From contig OX597820.1 of the NCBI GenBank assembly GCA_951406725.2, positions 43,586,001 through 43,650,000 of the forward strand: a stretch of DNA of 64,000 bases, read 5' to 3'. Made by a program: the position numbers and the translations under genes. The number at the start of each line of letters is the position of its first letter. Position 1 is the stretch's first letter. A model generated the notes under the pieces. The model was not told the DNA's origin. It made no database searches and saw nothing but the letters and a program-made list of their open reading frames with translations. Shown here in pieces: positions 1 through 12,421 of the stretch. Source of the stretch: Octopus vulgaris (taxonomy: Eukaryota).

Positions 1-219
<219 letters not shown>

Positions 220-226
220 TTGTTTT

Positions 227-418
227 AAGGCTGCAAGCTGGCAGAATCATTAGCACTCTTAGTGGTATTCCGTTACCGCTGAGGTGACTTTGACTTTCCT
301 CCTTTCGGGCTCGATAAATCAAGGACCAGTTGAGTACTGGGGTCGATGTGATCGACTGCGCCCCACCACCACCACCACCACCACCAAATCCAGGCCTTGA
401 GCCTATAATAGAAATGAT
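227..418 (+). mobile_element. SINE family A, internally deleted
   Basis: Head AAGGC..AGCTGGCAGAATC.TTAGCAC plus the family core and tail. Confidence 0.8.
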
Positions 419-451
419 TATTATTGTTGGTGTTGTTATCATCATCATCAC

Positions 452-484
<33 letters not shown>

Positions 485-485
<1 letters not shown>

Positions 486-1039
486 GCGTGAGAGAGAAGT
501 GCATGCCATCAAAGTGACACTGGGGTAAAATATACGAAGCCCAGTATACCCATCATGACTACCCCTCTGATAAGGGTACACTAGGCACATGCATCACAAC
601 CATATGTGCGCGACATGGTGATCTCATATCAAAATAACCAGCACATGACCTTGCAGGTGGGGCCCAGTTAGAATTTTCTTCAGGTCGAGTAACCCATCCC
701 ACTCGAAAGGTCTCTGAATAAGGGTTGTTTAAGGATGTTGAACGAAACACCCATGTTTCCAGAGGTGAATTATTCAAACCCCAAAGAATCCCTCTCAACA
801 CATGGCTATGATGCTCCCCCACTACTTCTGCTCGTGATCAGAGATGCACATATCGTCAGCCACTAAGGGACATGCTCAACTGGTTAAAAATCAAACAACT
901 GACAAGCAAATCTGTGGTATTGAGCAGAATATTTGCTGTAGCCCATCTTTTATACCAAGACAAAACAATGTACATGATAACACTTCCAATCAGTTAAGAT
1001 CAGAAGCCATGAGAGCCACTGCCTGGTACTGCATCAGGG

Positions 1040-1041
<2 letters not shown>
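485..1041 (-). mobile_element. 557-bp non-coding interspersed element inserted in (TAA)n
   Basis: A second, diverged, colinear copy lies at 61745-62295. This copy has (TTA)n on both sides and TG...CA ends. No meaningful ORF. Strand is tentative. Confidence 0.8.
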
Positions 1042-1249
<208 letters not shown>

Positions 1250-1864
1250 ATTTCTTTTAAACGCTTTCGTATCTGTAGTTACCGGAGAGTACTTCTGCTC
1301 ATTCCATAAATCGAATTCTAAAACATAGCAGTTGGTCTTTCGTTTCTCGTTTTTGACGTTGCCCACGCTTTTGCTCTCATTGATGATATCGACTATGATG
1401 ATGATGGTGCTGATGATGAGGATGATGATGACAATGATAACGACGATGACAATGACGATGACGACGATTTGGTTATTGTCATTGTTATAGTCATAAATGT
1501 TGGTTTTTGATGAGGGTGTTGGCGATAATTTTAGCTGTGACATGTAAATATATATATATATATACATGTGTGTGTGTGTGATTGTGCGTGTGTGTGTGTG
1601 TGATTGTGCGTGTGTGTGTGTGGGGACGGTGGTGCTATAATTGGTTTGCTTCAAGATATATTCTAACTATAGATGCTGTCGTCTTGCTTCTTTCTGATCT
1701 TAGCATCTTTTTTTTACTCGCTCCTTTGCGCCGTTGGTTAATGTTGCTTGATTATTTCTAACAATTGCGCTGCTTTAGTAGTAGTAGTAGTAGTAGTAGT
1801 GCATTGTTAGTGAACATTGGGTGAGGATTTATAACTCGTTTTGATTTTCATATTGTTATCATAT

Positions 1865-2199
1865 GAAGGCGCATGCTTCAGTGGTTAGAGCGTCGGGCTT
1901 ACGATCGTGAGGTTGTGAGCTCGAATCCCGGACCGGGCTGCGTGTTGTGTTCTTGAGCAAGACACTTTATTGTACGTTGCTCCAGTTCACTCAGCTGTAG
2001 AAATGATTTGCGACGTCACTGGTGCCAAGCTGTATCGACCGCTGCCTTTCCCTTGGATAAGACTGGTGGCGTGGAGAGGGGAGGCCGGTATGCATGGGCG
2101 ACTGCTGGTCTTCCATAAACAACCTTGCCCGAACTTCTGGTTAGGGGATAACTTTCTAGGTGCAATATCATGGTCAGTGTGGTGACCGATGGGGTCCTC
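1865..2199 (+). mobile_element. tRNA-derived SINE family B (CORE-like body)
   Basis: A-box-like CAGTGGTTAGAGC, B-box-like GCTCGAATCCC, body TGTTCTTGAGCAAGACACTT..TCAGCTGTAGAAATG. Second copy at 39474-39790. Confidence 0.88.
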
Positions 2200-2209
2200 A
2201 GAACTGTTA

Positions 2210-2415
2210 TCTATATATACAAAGCTAAGAATGTGTGTCTGTCTGTGTGAATCCCTAAAACTTGAGAACTACACAACCAATTTCATTCAAATTTTACACA
2301 TGTCTTACTTATGGTCCACGGAGTGTCATGGGCAAAAATATATTTACCTTCTCCACTATTTCAGTATTGCGTGCTAAAAGTGAAACAAAAACATCTCACT
2401 ATTGTATGTATATGG

Positions 2416-2461
<46 letters not shown>

Positions 2462-2500
2462 TAGCATTGAAGACGCGTCGTTGCCGGGTCATAGTGCTAG
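2210..2500 (+). mobile_element. Non-autonomous Helitron-like element
   Basis: A|TCTATATATAC 5' end, GC-rich subterminal stem (..GCCGGGTC) and CTAG|T 3' end. An inverted homologue lies at 3290-3675. Confidence 0.7.
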
Positions 2501-2549
2501 TGCATGTATATATGTGTATATATATATGTGTACATATTACATGTACATC

Positions 2550-2587
<38 letters not shown>

Positions 2588-3289
2588 TATACATCTACAC
2601 ATAAAATACAAAATACAAAGTTATATCTTGATATCGCTAGTGATAACAATACTCAAAATATATAACAGACCGGAATTGTTAGCCCGTCTCTTGTAATTTC
2701 GATCAACTGTATCTTGTCCTCCCTCTTGTATAGAAGTGTGACTACAATCCAGCCTACCTCTACTTCGTTAGGCGTTCTTAATTTTTTTCCGGGTCGTCCT
2801 ACGTCCCAGATATAAAAGTAGAAATAAAATATTTCCACTTCGTAAGTTCGAGTCGAGTACTCCCTTGCACGCTCCGTTGACTCGAACCTTGCTTCTATTG
2901 TGGCGAATTTACCGCCTCCGATTTGATATCTTTCATAGTCGCACCAAAAGACTTTTCAAAGGTGCTTTTGTTCATGTGTTCAAATCTCCTTTCTTCTCTA
3001 CATTGTATACTTTATAGACAATAGTCTTTTCTTTAATTTAATTTTTTATTATCCATCTGGACTATTCCATTTCTGCACGCTAATTTTATTTTTAATTTAT
3101 TCCCATTCATGTGAAACCACTTATTCAAGTTCAAGTCATTGATGCAATTTTGTACCAATTGCTGTTTTTACTTTTGTTATGTAACGATTATATTATATTT
3201 TAGTTTGATTTTAATTATTACTTACTACATATAATTCAATTGTTATTATTATTTTTGTTGTTAAAGTGAAAGTATCTGACATAAAATAT

Positions 3290-3675
3290 AGAAATGTTTT
3301 TGTTTCACTTTCAACACGTAATGCTGAAATAGTGGAGAAGATATGATATTGCTATGGGCTCGCTCTAGGCAAGAAGTTGAACATTGTTTTTTGCCCATAA
3401 AACTACATGGACCCCAATGTAAGGCATGTGTAAAATTTGAATGACATTGGTTGTGTAGTTCTCAAGTTTTAGGGAATCGTAGTGGAGAATATATGATTTT
3501 GCTGTGGGCTCGCCCTAGGCAAAAAGTTAAAAGAATTTTGCTGATGACACTCCCGGGACCCTAAGTAAGGCATGTGTAAAATTTGAATGAAATTGGTTGT
3601 GTGGTTTTCAAGTTGTAGGGAAACACACAGACAGATAGACAGACAGACAGACACTCTCAGTTTTATATATATAAA
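3290..3675 (-). mobile_element. Helitron-like element 5' region with internal ~140-bp tandem duplication
   Basis: Reverse complement of 2210-2400 (CCCTAAAACTTGAGAACTACACAACCAAT..). The unit is repeated at about 3330-3478 and 3481-3620. Confidence 0.7.
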
Positions 3676-3704
3676 TATATATATACATACATATGTGTGT
3701 ATGT

Positions 3705-3744
<40 letters not shown>

Positions 3745-5035
3745 ATAGATATATTTCTATGATCGAAATCCTCATTGATAAAAAGTTTCTATAGATATAC
3801 ATGTATATGTATACATGTATGTCTAGATATATATTTATATAGATGTACATGTAATATGTACACATATATATACACATATATACATCCATACATATATATA
3901 CACACATGCACACATACACACACTCACAACCACCCCCACCGCCCACACACATACATAGGTGCAGGTGTGGCTGTGTGGTAACAAAGTTGGTGGTTCCAAA
4001 ACACATGGTCATCAGTTCAGTCCCACGTAACGGCTGACGAAATACCGCTAAGTATTTCGCCCGCCAGCACGCCACCTAAGAAGTAGTAAATATGAGAGGT
4101 GCAAGAGAGGTACTAATGCTAGCGTTGATGACAAGCAATAGAAAAAAATCACTATATATACACAAAGTGGGAGAGTAAGGATCATAGATGGAGGTGGAAG
4201 AGGAAAAAAGAAGTGATAGATAGAGAAGTTATGGGAGGAGATTATTTGTTTTATTTAATATTCATGTAATATTTGTTTTGAAAATTAGTATTCATTTCAT
4301 CATTTTGTCTAAATATCCCAAGATTTGATATAAATTAAATAATTATTATTGTAAGTATTCCTTATTTTCTGACAGTAACTATGATGGCAAAAATATATTT
4401 CTAAATTTACCAGCATAGGTGTTCAAACTCAGGTATCTTTATAATGTCTGGTTTGTCTATTTTCTTATGTGATCTGTGATAACGTCTTGGAGTAAGCCAG
4501 GTGCAAACAGTATGATACTTTTGTTATAATTCTCATCCTTCAATACCACTCCGTTACGAATTGAAATTTTACATTGAAGTTTAACTCTAGCTAAATGTGT
4601 TTGCATATAATGTGTGTGGGGATGTCTGTGTGTGTGCAAGGTTTGTATAGATCTATATATATGTATATGCATCCTTGAAAACATCACAAATGAATAGATC
4701 CTACGTAATGCTGGTCTGCCCCCTATGATCGAAATCCTCATCGATAAAAAATGTACGTTATATGGGTCACGTATATAGGATACTTGAACACACAGTGTAG
4801 GCAGCGCCTTTTCTCCTCACGATGCAGGAAGAAAAGAAACCATGGAAGTCTTAGACTGAGATACAAAGATATTTCAGAAAGGAACGTGAAGTGGAAAGGA
4901 ATTGATCATCATAAATGGCAATTCTAAGCGAAAAAAAGACCAATACGAAGAAAACATATAGACTCATGCAAAACCAAAGACATATATGCATATATTTACA
5001 CATATACATATATATATATACATATATACATGTAT

Positions 5036-5108
<73 letters not shown>

Positions 5109-5109
<1 letters not shown>

Positions 5110-5493
5110 TCTTTTACTCTTTTACTTGTTTCAGTTATTTGACTGCGGCCATGCTGGAGCACCGCCTTTAGTCGAGCAAATCGACCCCGGGACTTATTCT
5201 TTGGAAGCCCAGTAATTATTCTATCGGTCTCTTTTGCCGAACCGCTAAGTGACGGGGATGTAGACACACCACCATCGATTGTCAAGCAATGCTAGGGGGA
5301 CAAACACAGACACACTTATACATATATACATATATACGACAGGCTTCTTTCAGTTTCCGTCTACCAAATCCACTCACAAGGCATTGGTTGGCCCGGGGCT
5401 ATAGCAGAAGACACTTGCCCAAGATGCCACGCAGTGGGACTGAACCCGGAACCATGTGGTCGGTTAGCAAGCTACTTACCACAGAGCCACCAT
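5109..5493 (-). mobile_element. tRNA-derived SINE family C
   Basis: Near-identical reverse complement of 52875-53285, with a (GTAAAAGA)n tail. Confidence 0.9.
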
Positions 5494-5725
5494 GTTGATT
5501 CGCTAGCTTCTGCACGCATAATTTTTTCCCTCCTTTCTGTGTTTTTTTTCTCTGTGTATCATTCTGTTGAAGAGCGTAGGCTCGAAACGTTAAAGACTTG
5601 TTTTATTTATATTTCCTGAGCGCCATACTAATACAATTGTTTGTTTGTATTCCACCTGCCTTCGTCTTTTGTTTATTTCCGTAAACCTGCCTTCGTCTTT
5701 TGTCTATTTTCATAAAGCTTCCCGT
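5494..5725 (+). mobile_element. Penelope-like pseudo-LTR fragment, copy 1
   Basis: Colinear with 23960-24123 and 53805-53992. All three end in TA-rich microsatellite and share a hammerhead-like motif. Confidence 0.65.
5556..5597 (+). ncRNA. Minimal type I hammerhead-like motif, variant core
   Basis: CTGTTGA-A-GAGC(GTAG)GCTC-GAAAC-GT-T-AAAGAC, with a perfect 4-bp stem II. Confidence 0.5.
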
Positions 5726-5785
5726 TATATACATGTATACATATATATACATATATACGTATATACATGTATACATATATATATG

Positions 5786-5852
<67 letters not shown>

Positions 5853-5858
5853 ATCTAA

Positions 5859-7146
5859 TCTACTACATATGTTGAAAATCGGTGTATGTTTGTTTGTGGC
5901 GTTGTTAGCTAACTCCTTCTACATCGTTTTATTGATTTTGATGAAACTAGACACGTCAGTAGAACTTATGTCTGGAAACCTCGTGACATACTTAGATTGT
6001 TGGGAAAGTCGACAATATGGCCCTTGGAAGGGACCATTATATCTACGTCATATAACTCATTTTTTTAACACCCAAATGAAATAACCCTGCACAATATTTT
6101 TAAACACTCAAGGTGAATAACCCATTTCATTGTTTATATTCGATTACTTTGAATATTGATGTTTTGTGTGTCAAAATTCTAATTTTTTGCAGACAATATC
6201 GATTTTATACTGTATTTAACATGTGAGTAGAAGTGTCTGAAAACCTCGTGACGTACTTAGATTGTTTTAAAATATCGATAATCAGGCCCCCTCCAATGGC
6301 GCCTTCTACTTACTTCATATTACTAATATTTTATTTGAACAACCCAAAGGAAATAACCCATACCACCTGCAGTTATTAGCGAAGCGATCAATATTATATT
6401 CTTACGATCAACCGACCTAATTCTGCATTTCACTACTCACAGTTTTGAAGTGCGAAACATTACTTTTGCACATCCTTAATTTGAATCTTAAACCTTAAAT
6501 ACTTCATTCATACATTTCTATACATACTTTTTTAAATGCCCTTTACTCCGATAATTCTGCATTTTTACAGTTACACATTCTTCCATGACAGTAGATAATT
6601 TTTTTTATTCCACAGCGTATTTGTAGTGGCTTCATGCAGTCATAGTGTGGATTCGTTCCTCTATTGCCAAATTTCACTTAATACTTCGACAGCGCTTTTC
6701 TCACGGTAGAACAAGTTTTTCTGTGAATAACAGCAGTTATACATTTCCGAGATGCCTTCGCTATGCAGAATGTCTTTGCCACTTGACCCTCCTGACCTCT
6801 CCTAGGCCACCAGGGGCTGGAGTGGAGATAACAAACCTGCAACGAAATCATTTGTTCTCAACAATATGTCTATCCTTCTGGCTGCTTTTCTGTAGTTATA
6901 AAAACAAGAATTCCGTAATCTAAAGTTACTGCGAGCAACCATCAATGAGTGTAAACGTTATTATTGCACTTTCTTCAAATATTTCATTCATATATTTATA
7001 TACATAAAATCTCTCCTTCCTTCAGCTTACAGTTTTGTACATTTTCCCGACGGAAAATACACCTTTTGTAGCAGTTATAACAAAATTGTTGGTCTTATAT
7101 AAGAAGGCATTTCAATACACCTTTACTCCCGGGGTACACCAGCTAG
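5859..7146 (+). mobile_element. Non-autonomous Helitron-like element
   Basis: A|TCTACTACATAT start and CCCGGGGTACACCAGCTAG|T end. Internal ~130-bp duplication (5958-6087 vs 6227-6359). Confidence 0.65.
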
Positions 7147-7166
7147 TATATTACCGAGTACAGCAG

Positions 7167-7210
<44 letters not shown>

Positions 7211-7600
7211 TTATACATATATTTATCACGCACATACATATACGTAAGCATGAATGAATGTACATGTCTAAATAGGTATATGTGTGTGTGTATGTGTGTT
7301 TGCGTGCATGTATGTGCGTTTATGTATCAACGTACGTATATGTTTATGTAAATATGTACTTATGTCTGCGCGAGTATTAAGTCACGGCGATATTTTCATA
7401 TAAATATAGACAAATTCTATACAGTATATTCAGTATTGTTTATTTCTTTAATCACTACAAATCTATCTGCGTGTTTTATGATTGTTTTGTGCGGGCTTGT
7501 GCGTGCCTGTATATATATGTGTGTATGTATATATGTGCGCGTGTGTGTCTGTGTGTGTCTCTGAGTGTGTGTGTGTGTGTGTGTGTGTAAACATATATAC

Positions 7601-7640
<40 letters not shown>

Positions 7641-7748
7641 GCTGACATTTAATACCTCATTCCGTTGATCTTTATGTTTTTTGATATTATATACACACAT
7701 ATATATACATACATACGTAATAAATATATACATAAATACATACATACA

Positions 7749-7783
<35 letters not shown>

Positions 7784-8722
7784 GCCACATAAGAAATAAA
7801 TGCTGCTACTACTACAACATTTACTACTATTACCACTACTATTGTTCCTGATTCTTTTGCTATCTCACCACTGTTTTGTTGTTATGGCTGAAGTTGTTTG
7901 GATCTGTTGTTACTTTTTTTGTTGTTGTTAGTTTTATCATTATTGCGATTGGAGTTGTTAGTACTGCTGCTATTTTTGTTGTAGTTGTTGTTGTGGTGGT
8001 GGTGGTGGTGGTGGTGGTGGTGGTGGTGGTGGTGGTGGTGGTGGTGGTGGTGGTGGTAGATAATGTTGTTGTTATTGTTGTTTTGTCTATATTCGGTCCC
8101 GGAAGCATGTTTATATTTAGTCTATATCACAGTAACCTTCAGCTAATAAAATGCAAACAACAAAAGGAATCACTAACAGCTAAACAATCGACAGCATACG
8201 GTAATAGTTAACAAACGACGGCAAATACAAACAAATATGAACGCCAAGTAGAAAAATAATCAAACTGACAAAGACAAATTAATGATTTGTGCAGTAATAA
8301 TAACTGTGATTTCATCGTCAATAGATACAACAACAAGGACGAAATAAACGTTCTGAGTAAATTCTGAAGCATTCCTTTCTTTAAACAGTTCAGTGTTTGT
8401 TTAAGGGTTTCCTTTAGGCTACAGTTTTGCTAACAAACGTCATTACTGAACGAACGATTTAGCCTTCACCTTCCCACTGCCAACAGTTTTAGTTCGTTGC
8501 TGTACACCGATTGAGCAATTTCAAGCTAGATTAAGGAGGCAACAATTTCTTCTCAATTTGGTTTTGTCTTTCTTTTATATTCCATGTGCATGTTTTGTTT
8601 TTATTCTTATTGCGTTGCTTTAATGTTTCCAATGTTCAGGGAGGAAATGTATCTCAGTTTGGTAAACATATGTACATACCAACTAAGCATGCGCCATCAT
8701 ATAATCTAGTTGTCTTTATACT

Positions 8723-8723
8723 C

Positions 8724-8786
<63 letters not shown>

Positions 8787-8890
8787 AATCTATCCCTATC
8801 TATCTATCTATCTGTCTGTATGTCTGTCTCTCTGTTTGTCGAGACAATGATGATGATGATGTTTGTCCGTCTATCTATCTATCTATCCAT

Positions 8891-8934
<44 letters not shown>

Positions 8935-9016
8935 ATATCTATCTATCTATCTATCTAACTATCGGTCTGTCTCTCTGTCCATCTATTGTTTGTCTGTCTA
9001 TCTATCTGTCTTTCTA

Positions 9017-9071
<55 letters not shown>

Positions 9072-9090
9072 ATATATATATATCTATCTA
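8723..9090. repeat. (CTAT)n-rich microsatellite block
   Basis: Directly visible. Confidence 0.95.
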
Positions 9091-9945
9091 ATCAATTTAT
9101 TTGGTAATCTATTTCTATTTCTGTAAATAGATATCTATCCGTATTTATTCATATCTGTTTATCTAACTATCTACTTAACAGTACTTTTATCATTCAATCT
9201 CTATGTTTATCTGACTGTTTACCAATCTCACAATACATTCATCGTGCACTCTATTAAATCGATCCATTCAATCAGCTATACCCCCAGTCCATCCGAGAGC
9301 AACAATAACACCAACGACGATTCCTCAATTTGCAAGTAAATAGAAGTATTCATATTAAAATTTTAAAGAAAAAATGAATACACCATGACTTAATCTTTAT
9401 AGAAGCGTATAACAATTATGTTTTTCAATCAAATTATTCGATCTTGTAATAACGAAATCAATGAACACTCTATACGCTTAAGCACTCTTCTATTACTTCA
9501 AGTTTTTTAGAAGGTGTTAATCATTAGATGGCTAGACAATGATAATCCCGATGTCGCTTGAGATATTCGATGAGAACGAACTTCTTAATGAATATACATG
9601 TTGATGTTGTTGTTGTTATTATTATTATCATTATTGCTGTTGTTACCTGTTATTATAGACTTCATCGTTGTTGTTCATGTCGTTATTGTATAGTTTGGTT
9701 ACAATCAGCTCTGAACAATTAGACATGCGATCAAATACGTTAAAGACAATGCCTTCTTTCGTCTATCTAGAACAAAATTAATCAATGTGTTCTGCCGTTC
9801 TTTAAGGTGGTCGTAGTTAATTGGAGAAATATTTATCTATATTGTATATTTAAATTCTATAATTGCAAATAGTGAAAATAATTTTTCTTGCTTCCAGGTT
9901 TACAACCGATATTTCAATACACTTCTTTTCAAATTTCTTTCTTTA

Positions 9946-10298
9946 TATGTAACACACTGCCTAAATACCAATCTTCAGAAATTAGGCTTCTCAAAAGCAG
10001 AAAAGCGAAAGCTGATTCGAAAACTACAGATCCAAGCCATCACTGGAACAGTAAATATCTATAAAACTTTCCAGAAATTTGTCAATTAAGTATATATGGA
10101 GCATGCCTAGATATGCAAGTATATGCATGAGAAGGCATAAATGAAACAAAACATACAAATCTGCATACATACATACATACATATATACATACATACCGTG
10201 TTGTTGATGTTGCAATCCCAATGAAAGAACATTTATCTAAGAAACCGGCTCTTTCACTATTGGCTAGAAATCTTGAAATAAAATTAAATAATGACATA
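9946..10298 (+). mobile_element. 3' end of an RLE-type non-LTR retrotransposon
   Basis: 9946-10089 reads YVTHCLNTNLQKLGFSKAEKRKLIRKLQIQAITGTVNIYKTFQKFVN*, resembling the C-terminus after a restriction-like endonuclease. It is followed by a UTR with (CATA)n. Confidence 0.6.
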
Positions 10299-10835
10299 TA
10301 CGCACGTATAGTGTATGCATGTTATATACAGACAAACAGCCAATCAGACAAACAGACACTGTAAGTCGGTTTAGAGGAAAACAAAATTAATATTGATTAC
10401 TGCGCGCTATCTGTCAACCTAACTGCATCTCGCAAGGTATTGGCCAACGTGAGACTATCTTAGAAAAGTTTACCAATAATTTCTACTAGCAGAATTGAAA
10501 CTGGAATCTAACTCTCAAGCATGTAACAAGTGGTTGTTATTTTTAACTAGTAGTTCTTCTGCCGTTAGGTAATTAATGGTCAGGTGCGTCAGAATATCTA
10601 TTATGAGGCATGTTCTTCGTAAGTTACGCTTAGCAATTCGCTACCATCACCAAACCTAAAGAGCATTCGTTATCGTTTCTTTAAAAAATTATACACTATT
10701 TAAAAAAAATTTTGCAATTTTTTCTTTCAAAATAATATTACAGTGAAATTTACCGAAATGAAAGACATGTAATAGAGTCGTGACAATTGCTTCCTACATT
10801 GAAATGGTATACCATTATTTTCGTTTTATATCTAG

Positions 10836-10838
<3 letters not shown>

Positions 10839-10889
<51 letters not shown>

Positions 10890-11000
10890 ACATTTATGTA
10901 TGTATGTATATATATATATATATGCATGTATCTATGTATCTATGTATATATGTATGTATGTAGGTATGTATATATATATGTATGTATATTATATTATATA

Positions 11001-11032
<32 letters not shown>

Positions 11033-11079
11033 TAAATAGTATACATATGTATATGTATAAATACATACATATATATATG

Positions 11080-11125
<46 letters not shown>

Positions 11126-11143
11126 ATGTATATATAGTATGAA

Positions 11144-11200
<57 letters not shown>
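10839..11200. repeat. (TA)n/(TATG)n microsatellite block
   Basis: Directly visible. Confidence 0.95.
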
Positions 11201-11202
<2 letters not shown>

Positions 11203-11279
11203 ATACACACAGACACGCATACACATATATAACCTCATACCTTTGATGTAAAAATATGTAGAGATGAAGATTTTTTATG

Positions 11280-11731
11280 GCATTGACGATGCCGATGTTA
11301 ATGGTGGTGGTGGTGGTGGGGTCGTCATTGTCTTCATCGTTTTCGTGTTCATCGTCGTGATGTTGGTGATGGTGGTAGTGGTGGTAGTGATGACAGTGTG
11401 TATGATGATTGTCATTATCATCATCTTAATCATCATCATCATCATCATCATCATTATCATCATCATCATCATCATCATCATCACCATCATCATAGTCATC
11501 TTCATCATCATTATAGTAGTTTTCGGTTTCGGTGATAGCGTAGGAAAAGAGTACAACACCAATGTTCAACGACAGACATTAAATATGGCTGTGGAAATAT
11601 AAGAATAAGGAACTTTCTTACATAGTTTTGTAGAGGCTACCATTTATGCTACTTTTAATAGTGTTTTCTTTTACAAACACCACATTTGCTGCAGTCGTTT
11701 CCCAAGCAAAGCGTTTATATGTGCAGTAGTA

Positions 11732-11801
<70 letters not shown>

Positions 11802-11975
11802 CAACAGCAGCGGCGGCAGTGGTAGTGGTGGTGGTGATGGTGGTGATGGCGGTGGTGGTAGCGTTGTTGGCATAGCAGTAGTAGTAGTAATAGTAGTAGT
11901 AGTAGTAGGAGGAGGAGGAATAGGAGTATCAGCAGCAGCAGTAGTAGTAGATAATAATGTTGATGATGGCGATGC

Positions 11976-12018
<43 letters not shown>

Positions 12019-12020
12019 GG
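11280..12020. repeat. Trinucleotide low-complexity block (CAT, TAG, GGT, TTA)
   Basis: Directly visible; source of the homopolymeric pseudo-ORFs here. Confidence 0.93.
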
Positions 12021-12353
12021 TGTTTGCTATGGGTGTTGTTGTCAACAGTGCAATCAACTGTATGACGGCCAGGCGTCTCAGTATGTGTCCCCATGTGATA
12101 TTAACGTTACTCCATGGAGTGTAATTCCATTTATTTATACAACGTTTCATCTGCTCTCGAACAATTTGCAAAATATTTGCGTATATGTGTATTTGCCTGC
12201 ATATGTGTGCGCGCGTGTACGTTTGTATAAATGTATGTATGTATGTAGACAAGCCTACGCGCGCACGCAGACACACACACGCACCATCATACATATACAT
12301 TTATATGCATATATATATACATACATACATACATACATACATACATACATACA

Positions 12354-12421
<68 letters not shown>

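Noticed and set aside
540-1041. U2 snRNA or HDV-like ribozyme within the 557-bp element
   Set aside because: Only short word matches to U2 (CTTATCAG, GCAGTACC). I could not build the P1/P2/P3 nested pseudoknot by eye.
10759-10780. miR-71-like 5' sequence TGAAAGACATG
   Set aside because: The match is limited to 11 nt and there is no precursor hairpin.
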